From Bugula neritina (Eukaryota > Animalia > Bryozoa): a stretch of DNA of 64,000 bases. Position numbers and translations under genes: made by a program. How positions within the stretch are numbered: position 1 is the stretch's first letter; every line of letters begins with the position of its first letter. The notes under the pieces were generated by a model. It was not told the origin of the DNA. It saw nothing but the letters and a program-made list of their open reading frames with translations, and ran no database searches. Positions 19,555 through 32,532 of this stretch are shown one piece after another. The stretch is taken from positions 8,938,581 through 9,002,580 of the forward strand of contig OZ037767.1 of NCBI GenBank assembly GCA_964035545.1. Direction: 5' to 3'.

Positions 19555-21221
19555 TTTGTACTCAAACAGCCTTCTTCGTACTGAAAGGTTCAGAATACAG
19601 AATGTTTACTTTAGTAGCAAATACGTTGTATTAGAGTGTCTCAATTATTACCAACTCACATAATTATGTTTCTTCTCACATATAGTCCTACCATGTAGAT
19701 ATTCAAGATATACTGCTTACAATGGTCAATTCATAAAGTCACCGTTACTATTGAAGCTATTATTGGATACTTTAAGGGTGAAATGAAAAAATAATATATT
19801 TGTATTTGGCTATAGCTTTTGGTTATCAAGCTGAAAAGTTCGCTATATGGTATCTCAGTAAAGATAGAAATACTTGCAGGATAGATTAGAGGATTCATTC
19901 CGAAGTACTTTTTGTCTTGCTTAGATCTAAACAGCTTTAACTCGTAGCGATGAATAGGAGGCTCAGCAAAAGAATGCCTTTGCTGAGCATAAAGTGAGAG
20001 CATTATACCTCAATCTATGTACGGCAGTTGATCAGGGGTTGTCTCCTCATCAGCGTGGAACAGAAGGTATATAAAGTTGTATCAGTTAAAACACTAATTC
20101 TTACCTTTACAATTTATATTTGTTGTATTTAATAGAGCAGGCGATGGAATGAAGTTTTCCAATAAGATATATTTATAAAAACTCAAAGAAGTCTATATAT
20201 TTATTGTAATTCCTTATAATTTCTAATTCTAGTTTTCATAAATGGATAATTTTGAAATGTGCAATAAAATTTTAAAATTTACCTTTGCTATATATAATGA
20301 TATTATGCTTTTAGTAAGTATTTGGCAAATAAATTGGTCAGCAATCGGCTAACATTTAAATATTCATGGCCGCATGTGTGATAAAAATATCACCATGTAA
20401 AAATATATGAATTTGTTCAACAAAATATTATTTAACTGGGCATCACAGCTAAAAAATTGAATTAATATATTAGTTTTATGCTATCAAATATTTCTATAAT
20501 AATTCTAACATATGAATATAATATGATTGTTGAAGATTAACGTAAATAACTTAAACTCAATGTTGATTCTAAAAACCATTGTTGCCCGCACTTCACTTGC
20601 AGCATATTTGTGTACACAGCTAGAAGATTTTATCTTAACTTGTACTGTATTGCTATGATTATATTGATGTAAATGTAATATTAATATGGATTTCTCTGTA
20701 TTATTAACTCATCTGTTCTGTATTTTGAACAGCATTCTAAACCTCGAAGAACTGGGTAAGCAACATAATCATTATATTACAACATTAAACAACTACAACA
20801 TATGCTAATTCTATTCAAAGTAGATGTTTTGTAGTCATCATATTTACTAATGTGTGAGACATATATGCACTTACTTATCTCTGCAAGCAGATATATCCAG
20901 TCTAGTTCTTATTATAAAAACTATATAGTATAAATTTACTCTCAATTGTTATTATACTTGCCATAGTTTATAACTGTTACTGTTATAAAGTATGATTCTA
21001 CAGGCTTGTGGTAAAGAGTTGCTGTGTGCAGCATGTTAATATAATACTAGTTTCAGTAGCAATGAGTGTATCTACAGTACTTATTAATATGTATTCTAGT
21101 ACTAATCTATGTCATAGCTAAGAGCTATTGAGTCACAACTATAAATTATGTAAAATATATATAGTTTCTATGGATAAAAACTGGATTAAGAGAACTCAAT
21201 ATTTCGAAAAATAGAGTATTT

Positions 21222-21693
21222 ATATTTAGTATTGATACTATATTGGAGTTAATAAACTTATTTGCTCATTTAAATGACTGCAAATTGTTTTTTCGTGTAG
21301 TATAAACTACTATCAACAGGTCGTTATGGTCGAGTGATTCTGTTTGGGAATTATACTGTTTGTGTATTGCTACGCGAGTTTCTCAGTTGGCGTCTCCTAA
21401 ATGCGCAATCAAAATGTCCCGCCTGTTGAGGGAGGATAACTCCGGTTACGCGAAACACTTTCTAGCACGCGTAAGCACAAAGGAAAAATCTTTGCTTGCG
21501 CATTTAGGAGACGCCAACTACGAAGAAACTCGCGTAGCAATACACAAACAATATAAATTCCAAAACAAAATCACCCAACCGTAATGACCTGAGGAGCGTA
21601 GTTTATACTAAACGTAGCAAATTTGTAGTCATTTAAATGAGTAAATAAGTTTGTTATATCCAATATAGTATAAAGTATCAATACTAAATATAT
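21222..21693. mobile_element. Foldback / MITE-like element with ~190-bp imperfect inverted arms
   Basis: Left arm tatatttagtattgatact...ttggcgtctcctaaatgcgcaa (21222-21408) pairs with right arm ttgcgcatttaggagacgccaa...agtatcaatactaaatata (21496-21693). Spacer is about 90 bp; flanks are TA-rich. Confidence 0.85.
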
Positions 21694-22919
21694 AATATAT
21701 ATATTATTATCAATTCACAAATTGAGAGAGTGTAACATGCAGTCTGCCCATTTCTAAAATTCTATTTATAGCACATGCTATGCATATGAGAAACTGAAAG
21801 CTTTTACCATAACTTAAACTATTAAATGCCTTTATGTTATAATTACAGATAAATGTTTCCGTGTTGAGAAACCCAAGTCAGTTCTGCAAAGGTTTATAGG
21901 ATATTTGTAAGTAAATTTACTATAAATATGCGTACATCGGCATCAGCTATCAATTTCTACAACTTTTTATCAAAAATAGATACTATTCTGATGCAATATT
22001 GTAGGACTTAATTATTTCACAGGTTACATGATTTTATATATTAAATAGGTGTAAAATAGGATGCTCCAAAATTATGATATAAATTGGTTATAAAAACAAC
22101 CCAGTCTTTTTTAATTTAATATTTATGAAAGCATATTTCTAAAAACTGTAGACTGTTAACTTTCCCAATTAAGAATTGTCTACATGTTTTATTTGTTAAT
22201 ATTTTAGTTATGATGTTGAACCTCCACATATTCCAAATACATTGGAAGGTAAATTTTCTAGTTCCTGTTTTGTTTTTATAAATTTTGTTTTAATTACCTG
22301 CATGTGTTATCACACTGTCTGCCAATGTTTATTTGAATTATCTGGTGTTAAACTAACTTAGTTTTATGAATGTTATTTCCTGATGTTGCTAGTAATACCA
22401 ATACGTTATTGAATAATATTAGTTAGAGTTGAATGAAGGGTTATGAGTTTGTGATAGATTTTTGTGATATTTCCTTGCAGTAATGAATTTCTATACTAAT
22501 GTGGGTCTAATTTATAGTCAGCTAGCATGTGCAGGTTTTAATTTATAATCTGATGTATAACCTTGCAGTATGTTGGAGTTATTGTCTCAGGCTAATACTA
22601 AAAACAGGCTCACAGGCTAATACTATCACAGATTATCTCCAGTTTGATGGGTAAGTGGGAATAAATTCTTACTACGCCATATCTGGTTATGCTTTAAACA
22701 ATTACCTCCTTTTAAAGAAACTAAAGTAGTCAAGAAGGTGCTAAATTATTTATCTTGTAGCTTGCAATATTTTTTTATTATAAAAGCAGATTTCACTTGC
22801 AAAAGTTGGAATAATTATTTCAGCAAGCTTTATAGAAAAGTGCTTTTTTGACCCAACAAAAACACTAGTCCCCTTTTCTCTACACAAATAGAAATTACCA
22901 GCTAATTTTATATTTCAGA

Positions 22920-25919
22920 ATGGCTTATATCAGAGAGATCCTGTTTCTTACCATTGTGGCTCTAATAATGGTGACTGTCAAAAGACGTAAACAGAAAGTG
23001 TCAGACAACTCCAATACAAAAGTGTCCGGGATGTCATCTCGTAGCACTGAGACTTCCTGCCCACTAAGAACTCATACCGGGTGTCAGAGTGAGTTATTAT
23101 GTGTTGTAAATTAGTATAACATAATGTGATATAATTTATTTGAATATAATATAGTGTATAAGCTATAATATAATATAATGTAATGCAGTACCATACAGTA
23201 GAATATAAAATAATTTGATGTAATATTCTATGTCACATGTGGTATTTATGTGTTTTAGTAATATGAAAATATATTATTATACTATAATAATAATATAATG
23301 TGTGATGAAAATAATTAATTTGTATATATCAGATTCTAGCATTATTAGTTGCATAGTGTAACAAAACATAACATAATAATTTTACGAGACTGTAAAAATT
23401 TAGTGTAGGAAGCCTTTGCATCTAACTTTCTCATTAATAAAATCTACTATTGTTGAAAATTTAAAAATTATACAAGAAAAATACTTGGAAAAGTGATAAT
23501 CAAAAATGTGGCTGAGCAAAAGGTTTATGCAAAGATGTGTTTCATGTTTTTTTATTTTGGAGAGCCTGTTCATGCACACAGATGTTTTTTACTCATTGAA
23601 AATTTTTTTACCTTTTAGCTGATATCAATCTCACAAAAGAAAAGCCATCCATAAAGACTGCAACAGCTTTCACACAAACAGTGGTGAAAGAAACTTGTGG
23701 AATAGCTATTCAAACAAACAGCAAAGTGGTTTGTGATGCTTCAAGTCAAAGAAGTAGAAATGAGACCCGTGAAATTGGCAGTCAAGGAGTTTCCATATCT
23801 ACTGCAAATAGAAACGCACAAACCAGTGTGCAATATACTCAGGATGGGAAAACTCAAACCAGTGTCTCTTCTACTCAAGACGAAAACACACAAACCGATG
23901 TTGTTTTAGATCTCCAAACCACTAGCATTCAAAGTAAGCATTTTTATTAAACAATTATAGAGAAAGATGCTTTGTAAAAACTTTAATTTTTGGATTCAAA
24001 TCAAGCATTTTCATGATAGTTGTTTTGCTTTAAATAAAAAAATTGAATAAAGTTTTTGGGAATAAAATTAATATATGTTTAATTTTAGCCACTAACCCAG
24101 TCAACTCAAATGACCGAGGCCAGCAGAATCTGAAAAGCTCAAATGATGTCCATTTTCAGAGTGACAAGTGTCAATCAAAAGCCGCCGGTAACTCAACATC
24201 TCAAGGGCCACCAATTCCAGCGTCAACAACCAGCAGCAGGAAAGCGAGAAGCAAACGAAGAGACCGAAATATGACAGCGCTTTCCTGTCTCGACCAGTTT
24301 TTTAAGCAGAGAGCCTTCCAGGATGAAAATGCCCTCACAGGAACTAAGTCAGGAGACAGCGATGAGGACTCCGTGAACCCTAGTGTCTTCTTAACCACAA
24401 ATACTACACCAGCAGACAAGGAGGTAGAAGTTAAAAACCTTCAAGTTCCTTCTATGGCCGGAAAAGAGACACTCATGATGGAAAAAGAAGCTAAGGCTTC
24501 TGATAATATTGAGATCAACAACTCAAAGTCAACAACAGCAATCCCTGAGATGAAGGCAGCACCAGTTAATGATGACACTGAACTGAAAGTCACTAAGAGT
24601 GCAGAGAAACTTTCTCAAGCTCGAGCCAATCTTGAGGAATTAAAGACAAGAGCTTTTGTCAATGACATAATCAATAATATTGTTACAAATGCTACAAAAA
24701 AATTGTTTAAATCTAATCTGGGTTCAGAAAATGAAGACATCAGAGCTACTGAAGAAGATGAACAAGATTCAGCAGAATATGACAGAATATACATCCATAC
24801 ATTGCCAACGATAGAGGAAGAAGAATGGGAAGTTGATATACCAGCAACTTATGAAAGAGTTTCCAAAAAAGATGTTTTGGATGAAGCAATAAAGTCTATG
24901 GCTGAACTTGCCTCCTTGACAGATTCATTTTTGAATGACGTTTCAGTAAAAAGTAGTTCAGCGGATATGATTGGCTCAAGAGTGCCAAGAGGTGATAATA
25001 ATGATCTACAAGTTGACTTAGATACTCAAGATGACAGATAGGAAACATCTTCTATAGATTCTTTTGAGGTAAGTTGATATAATCGGCATAAAACTATTTT
25101 TATATTTTAAAGAAGCAGATAGTATGTTCTAAATGTTGGCAAATTTGAGTGATTTAGCTTAATTATACTAATGTTTTGTGAATATTTTTGCTCAAAATTT
25201 AGCTAATACTGTCATACAAACCTTAAGAGTTCTGGTCTCCAAGGTTCAACTGAAAATATAAAAACTTTGTGGTAAAAATTTATTGTTACTCAAAAATAGT
25301 ATAACTCTCAAGTATTAATTTTTCAAAGGATAATGAGAGAAAAATAAGAACTGATTATCAAATCAGAAGACAACTCCAGCTTAGCCTGTGTTCCAGTGAA
25401 ACTGATGTATCTTGCTCCTGTATGAAAAGAGTTGGTGAGTAGAGAGTACTAGTATACAGCTAAATATTAGCATCACTTGATAGTGAGCTGAATATATCCG
25501 ATAAATTGGAGTTTACTGATAATACCTGCTGTCCATGTTCCGTTACTTAGTAGTTCATTAGAACAAGTTGCAATATTTTTGCTCATGACCATGTATAGAA
25601 TCAAATATAGAAATATCATCCCTGTGATTTTTGATCGCAATTTAACCAAAAACTTTATTCTTACCACTTCACATCTAGAAATATATTATAATTGTATTTT
25701 GCATTAAATTCATAAAATTTCATTGGTCTGCTATGATATAATATATAATCTAATAACTTTACTTATTTCTATGCTGCTGTAGGTGGTGCTCACTCATTAA
25801 AGAAATCTAAAATACCGAGACCAGTGACATCAGCTGGTTCTCTTGCACCTTTAAAGAGAAAAATCTATTCCCAAAAGCAAAGATCGCTTATCCCTGTTCG
25901 CAGCTCTATCTCTAAATAA
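22920..25919 (+). CDS. Putative membrane-anchored, largely disordered protein with multiple LC8-type QT motifs and C-terminal SxIP motifs; in-frame TAG at 25039-25041 (truncated allele or young pseudogene)
   Basis: Exons 22919-23088, 23619-23933, 24089-25068, 25329-25434, 25783-25919, all GT-AG and in phase (1,1,0,1). Length is 478 aa to the TAG, or 568 aa if it is bypassed. N-terminal ILFLTIVALIMVTV-KRRKQK; motifs GCQTD, AFTQTV, IAIQTN, NAQTS, KTQTS, NTQTD, SIQTT; last exon KSKIPRP and RSLIPVR. Confidence 0.7.
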
Positions 25920-28900
25920 CTCAACAAATAATGGCAAGGCAGCAAGGCATAGTTCTTTACTTAGAAGTAGTTTGTTAATTTCAAGAGTAGAAACCATTAC
26001 CTATATGAAAACTGTCAATTAACTCTTAAAATTTCGAATTATCAATTTTTTTCACATATTATAGGCAGTTTCTATTCTCAGTGTTAAATTGAGATCAACA
26101 TTGGAAATAATATTGCTAAATTTGAAAACTGACAATAGTAACTTTGTAGGGGTGATGTTCTCAGTTTAAAAAATTCTAAAAAGCTTGAAAAAAAAATTAA
26201 TTTTCATTTATTTATTTCAAACATTACATGACAAAATTTTAGCCTTTCTCTTTTTATAGCAAGATCTCTAGATGCCCAGAATTGAAATATAAAAAGAATC
26301 ATATTATAAATTATTAACATTTTGAAACAGTGTGGGTCTTTCATGAGTAAGCTGCATTCACCTCGTTTATGATAAAAAAAATAGGTTTTGCTCTATGTAA
26401 TGAATGACTACCTATTCAATTTACAATTAATTGTTTCTATTTATAAAAAAATCAAATCTCCAAAAAAAAATAATTAAGTGTAGCATTACTATATATTTTT
26501 TTAAAACTATATACTATAAGTTATTATATATCCTGCTATTGTGATATTGTATAAGTGATATTATTTTATTAGTTAGTACTGAAATTCAAAAAAAATCTGA
26601 AAAAAAGTTTGAATTTTATTTATTCAATTGTGCCTTTTAAACAGTAAATGACAACCTTTTAGCATTTTTCTTTTTAGAAAAATCTTTATAGATCTGTGTA
26701 ATGTAAAAAAGAAGAGTATGGACCGTAAACAAATGCTATAACTCTAAATCCTCTATCCTCTTTTATTATTATATTTCTCTTGCTCCTGAAATAAGTGTTA
26801 CATCTATTTGTTCTACTTGAAAATTGATTAAATAACTTTTTTGGAATATTTTTTGTTTATTGAATCAGATTCTTTCAAAACCAGCTGAAAATCTGTAATA
26901 TTTTTGCTTCTCTTAGTTTCACCAGTAAATGACTGTATATCCACAGCATAGTTAAGGTCATCCCCAGCAAAAAATCATCTCATAATCTAGTCTCAGTTCC
27001 TATATGCTAATGCTCTGTGGGCGGCATGCGTATTGCCTACTTGTTATAATTTAGCATGAGGTTGAACAATTGCCAACATTAGCTAGGGCTGCGCCTATAT
27101 TTCCATTGCAACTATTATCACTATCTATTGAGCAAGCACGTGGTCGTGGCACGCCTCAGCATCACATTATTATTACAACAGGCTGGTGCATGGTTCATTT
27201 CATGTACAATATACTTGATGCACAAAAAAAGATGGATTTCATAACTTCTGTTCAGCCAACAATGTAAAACTATTTCAGATTCTGGAAGCAAGCTAAATGT
27301 TTATACTTTTACTCAATATTTATCTATTTGGCTAGTCTAATGAAATAATTATTGACAATAACTTTTGAAATGATAATGCAGATATTATTTAAATAACTTA
27401 GAATGCAGATGCAACAAATAGTTTAGAGAGATGCTCTTTTCTCAAAACATAATGTTTTCAGGCTAGACTATTTATATATATCTGCTCAATACTATTGACT
27501 GACCTTAAACCAATAATACCTTTATTATTAAAATCATTTTTAGTTGCACCAACTAAAAGCTAAAATTGACCTCTTAGTGCTAACTCTTACTATCAGTTAC
27601 AGACAGCCCAATAGCTTAGCATAGTAAAGAGACTTGTGTAGGTAAGATAGTTATGTGTGTGTGAATTTATTGGTAGCTGTAAGGGGCAGATATGCAGTAT
27701 TTTGTGTGACTGCTTTGAGTTTGGGTAAAGGATTTGATTGCTGCAAGTTTCTAATAATGCTATAGTACTTGTGTTGTCCCTTTGGCACTATAGTACAAGC
27801 ATTAATCAACACTCATTGAAGTGAGTTGGAACTTATATATAAAAGGTTAAAACGTGAGCCTGTGCTATAAATATTCTATTTGCTTCCTGTTGTATACAGT
27901 CTAAACTCTGAAGAGTCCAATCAAGCCTACATGGCTTCTAGCTGAATGTCCAAATTGACTATGAGCTATATCTTGTTGCTCAACACTGGGCTACTGGGCA
28001 CTGCTGGCAACTGCTAACGCAGTGTTCACTCAAGCATGATATCATGGACTTGTATACCAACTCAGAGCCAAGATTATCAACTGTTTTATGTTCCTAAATT
28101 TAGCATCTAATAGAAAAAGCTGTGTCTAGTTAGAGTGTTAGACTGACTGACACCATGCTTGCCTGAGTTAAACAGTCAATATGAAAAGTTTTAATCTTAG
28201 CTAGGCAAGTATTGAGATTTTGAAAAGAAAGCCTTCTTAAGATAAAATAAAAGATATCCATTGAGGATTCGGATTTTTCCAGTCTTATAGGTGTCATTTA
28301 ATAAGCTCAAATATTAGCAATGCATTAGCCTATCTGCCATATTTTGATACTGCAGATATAACATTCCATAAAAAGAATTGACTTAAGAATTTAGGCATGT
28401 GTAACAAATCAACCAGATTTATTTAAACACTGAATATATAGCCATTACTAAAGATCACAACAAAAATCAGTGTGGATCTTAAAGCATAACATAATTATTT
28501 TATATCTGTATGATCAGGCATAGAAGTAACAAGTTCAATAAATAAATTGAACATGCAGAAGGTATAACAGCTGTGAACTATTGTGAAGGAGCAAATCAGG
28601 TCTTTTTATAGAAATACATCCTATACGTATATTACAAACATGGGGGAAATAATAGGTTAGTATCCTAATTGTTTTTCTCAAACGTTAAATAATGAATAAT
28701 GGCAAGACTGACTTTTTAAAGAAGCAGAATCTATAGAAAATCAAGCTGCAAAAGCCTAACCAAAAGACACATTGCTAGGGTGATTAGTCCTATCGATTAT
28801 TTTAAGTTTAATTTTAGTTTTTATATCCTTTGATAAAAGTCCTATTTCCACAGGTAGAGTCTTGAGATATAGGTGTCAATTGTAGAGTATTATCCTTTTT

Positions 28901-31900
28901 GAATAAAAAAAAGAGTAGAGTGGAGTAGAGAATCTAAAGATCCTATAAGAGCTGCAGCTGACATTATAGAAAGGATGTCCTGAGTAGACATACTAGCATT
29001 TCTTTGACAAAACCTGGTCATCTAGTAGTCCACTTCATCTAAAATACAAATACCAGTTTTCTCAATATATGCAAAAGTAATTTCCAACATTTTCAATTTG
29101 AATTAACATGCTCATACACCACAGTTAGTACTATAATAGTCTATATTTTGTAACATCTACTTATACCGTAATTACATAAAAGCTGCTGGTAACTGTTTAA
29201 AAGACACAGCTCATAATTACAATTATTACGTTAAATGCTCCCTTAAGATTGCATTTTTCAAATAATTCCCCATTATATATGACTGACATGATGACTATAC
29301 AATTCTTTTGAAATATATGCATTGCTTATATTTTAAGTTGGTCACTCAATGTGAATGTAATTTGGTATGCTGCAAGTATAAGTACAATTATAATTACTAA
29401 ACAGAAACTCTTCAGTGCAAAAATATATTTTCTATGTGACTATACTCAACCACAGAACTCTAAATAATTTGAAAAAAGTTATGGCCAGTAATAAATTTGG
29501 ATAATTTTCTTAAAGTTAATTACATAATTATAATAATAAAACCAACTGACAATTTTGATCTAGTTTTACATCACTATGACTATTAGTATTACTATGCATT
29601 TATTGAACATAAAACTCAAACTTGAAGTTTAGTGATACTGCACAATGCTAATAATAATACAGTTATAATAGTAATAGTAATACACAGTATAGGCCTACTG
29701 TAATATACTAATAGTACAACTATACAAATACTATAAAATTAAGTATAATTGTTAAATTATTGCTTGCAAGCAATATAAAATAAAAATATGTGAATTTACT
29801 GAAGGAGGCAGTTATAGTACTATAGTACTCACTTACCCTTGAAGTTTAACTCCTAAAGTTAATCAAAGTACACACCTTCATCCTAGATTCGAAAGGTAAG
29901 AGATATTCTTCACTTAATTTTATCATGATAATCCCATTGCCAGTTGGCACGTTCACTTTGCAGATTGTAATTTAATTAATATCGAATATTTTATTTACTG
30001 GGCTAGCTTTTACTAGTAACATATCAATCTGGGCGAGATCACCAACGCTTATAGCTACGTATGATATTACACAGGGCGGTTTATTTGAAGGCAGTGCACT
30101 GCAGCTGTGGAATGACTAGGGTAGCCTATCCAGGAGTGGATGTAAATTATAAACGTTCTACGTGCTTTTTGAAAGCATTAGTCCTATAGTGATAGCATGC
30201 GATTTAGTCATTTATATAAAATTAAAGTTATTGTTTTAAAAATAATGATTTACTTAAAAAAACAGTTATTTATTTATTTTATTATTGCTTTTTAAAAAAA
30301 AAATAATTGGTAAAGTTTTGAACATCTCTAATAATACCACAACTACACTCCACTCCTTTAGTTGTAACCTAATTGGATTAGAAGTCACATCTTCAATACA
30401 AACAAGCTAGGCTTAGTATTTCTGATGTCTGTATACTGCTGCATCATTAGCTTTAAAGTTTAAACTGTAGTGAAGCTCTTACTGAATTAGTAGACTGAAA
30501 GTGCAAAACCTAGTAAGCTACCAACACTATAAATTGTTATAAGCGAGTAAAGGAAATGAACAGTATATGTGTACAGAAACTTGTACTTAAATACACAAAC
30601 ACCATAGTTATGGTTATTTGGGATGCAGTTGTATTAAAAAAAATTGTGAATTGAATACTCATTATAGACATTACAATTTACATCATGCTGAATCGGGTTA
30701 CATATTTGACTATTTAAAGCTGTTTTTATAAAATAACTTAACTAAGTTACTTATCAGTGACAAGTAATATAGAATTTAATTTCAAACCATGAGCTCATTT
30801 CAGCTAAAAATAGCAGCACCTTGTCACTGCACATGAATGGCTGGCCACTGTTTGAGCCATTAGCAAAATGGCTTACAGCTATTGCAAGCCTGCTACATGC
30901 AAGAATTATGTATCAATCAGAAACTTCTTATTCAATTGCAAGCATACCAGAATTGTAATACCATGATATAAAAAGTTGCCTACATATATAGGTGCAATAG
31001 TAGAAAAGCTTAAGCAGCCTAAATTTGTCAAAAGATGCTAATTTGAGAACAGGTTGAAATTCTCTCTAAACTTTTTTTGCTGCATCTCAACATAGGGTCT
31101 AATTTATCAATATCCTCATCACTACACACACCTCATACTTGGTATACTCATGCACCTGGTAATAAGATTACTTTTAAAATAAAGTTATGCAATTACTACT
31201 CAATTGATTAAAAATTCCCTCCAACAATTTTTGTAGACTCTGAAATTTTTTAATATTTTGCATTAAGAATACAATAAGCTTGGTTACAAATAATATATTA
31301 TTAATATAATTTAGATTGCTGTACAGAACCACAAAATAATGTGCTTTGAAATCACACACAAAAGTTATAAAACTCAGTGGCTATTACCTTTCATTAGCAT
31401 TATAAGGTGCTTGGGCTCTCATGCAAGCTGTATAATTACTAAACTGTTTTGGACTAAAAATATATAGGATATAAACTATAGAGTATACACTTGAACGCCA
31501 CTAGCTTGGAAGCTCTGCTTCCTAGTTAGACTTCAGAAATTGCTTCATTTTAGTACAACTAATTAATCTAGATTCAAAGTAAACTACACATTGTACAGGC
31601 TGTAGGCAGTACAACAACATTGCCATCACCAAGATTCCAACTACTGTAGCTACTATAATATATTAACCAGTCTCATACCGCCTAATTATTTTACTGCAAA
31701 GGTGAACTTTAACCCTTTGGTTTAGCGCGCACAACATGAATCATAGGCCGCGTGAGCTCCCTGTAATCATTATGATGGCTACGATGCAGCGCAGCTCTAC
31801 CGTGTTCAGCCAAGCATGCAGACTAAGTGAGAAGCAAAATTTCTAATTAAATCAGTGTATAAATTACATGTTTACACTTATTCTATTGAAGCTATGCAGA

Positions 31901-32532
31901 AAATTTGAAAAGGTTCCAATAGACAAACATCTTATCACGCCATAGGTCATTTTTCACAAAGATATATCAATTAGGGATTGAATTATTTTTTGGGCACTGA
32001 GACCATGTTTTTTTGAGCAAAAATGGGCAAAATTTGGTAGTTTTTGGGGCATAAAAGTGCAACAGATGACATAAATGAAAGCTTTAAAAAAGGTTGCAAT
32101 AGAGCAGCAAGAGATATACAACATAGTTTTTGAATTTTGTTTCTAGACTCAAAATTGATTGAGTTATGAGTTGGGCACTGTTTCATATATAATTATAATG
32201 GAGCAATGAAATTACTGATTCAGTAGAAGGATGACCTTAATCAAGCTGTGTCTGTTTGGGAGCTGTAATTAATATGATACTTATTATTTGAAACTAATAA
32301 ATTGTTCATTAAAAACAAAAACCTATTACAGTTTTTTAAGTTACTGATCCCAGCTTTGCAACTGATTCCCTCATATAATTCAAACAAAATACTGTAGCTT
32401 TTGCACTTCATGGTTCCTGATTGGTTGAAAGTTTTGCTCTGATTCTCAAAACGCATATACATGTTTGTAATCAAAGCTACAGCATATGCATTTACAATAT
32501 AAAGACTCGCTTCTGACAGTCATATAGTATAT

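Noticed and set aside
21360-21584. 74-aa ORF
   Set aside because: Lies across the centre of the foldback element, starts at TTG, and has no coding hallmarks.
9297-25041. Alternative genetic code explaining the many in-frame stops
   Set aside because: Conserved genes end normally at TAA (SNRPD2, KIF26) and TGA (LC3) and have no internal stops; the disrupted genes also carry frameshifts.
26000-32500. Possible gene or transposon in this 6.5-kb stretch
   Set aside because: Only short ORFs and vague repeat-like fragments (e.g. TTAACCCT at about 31709); no phase-consistent exon chain or matching termini found.
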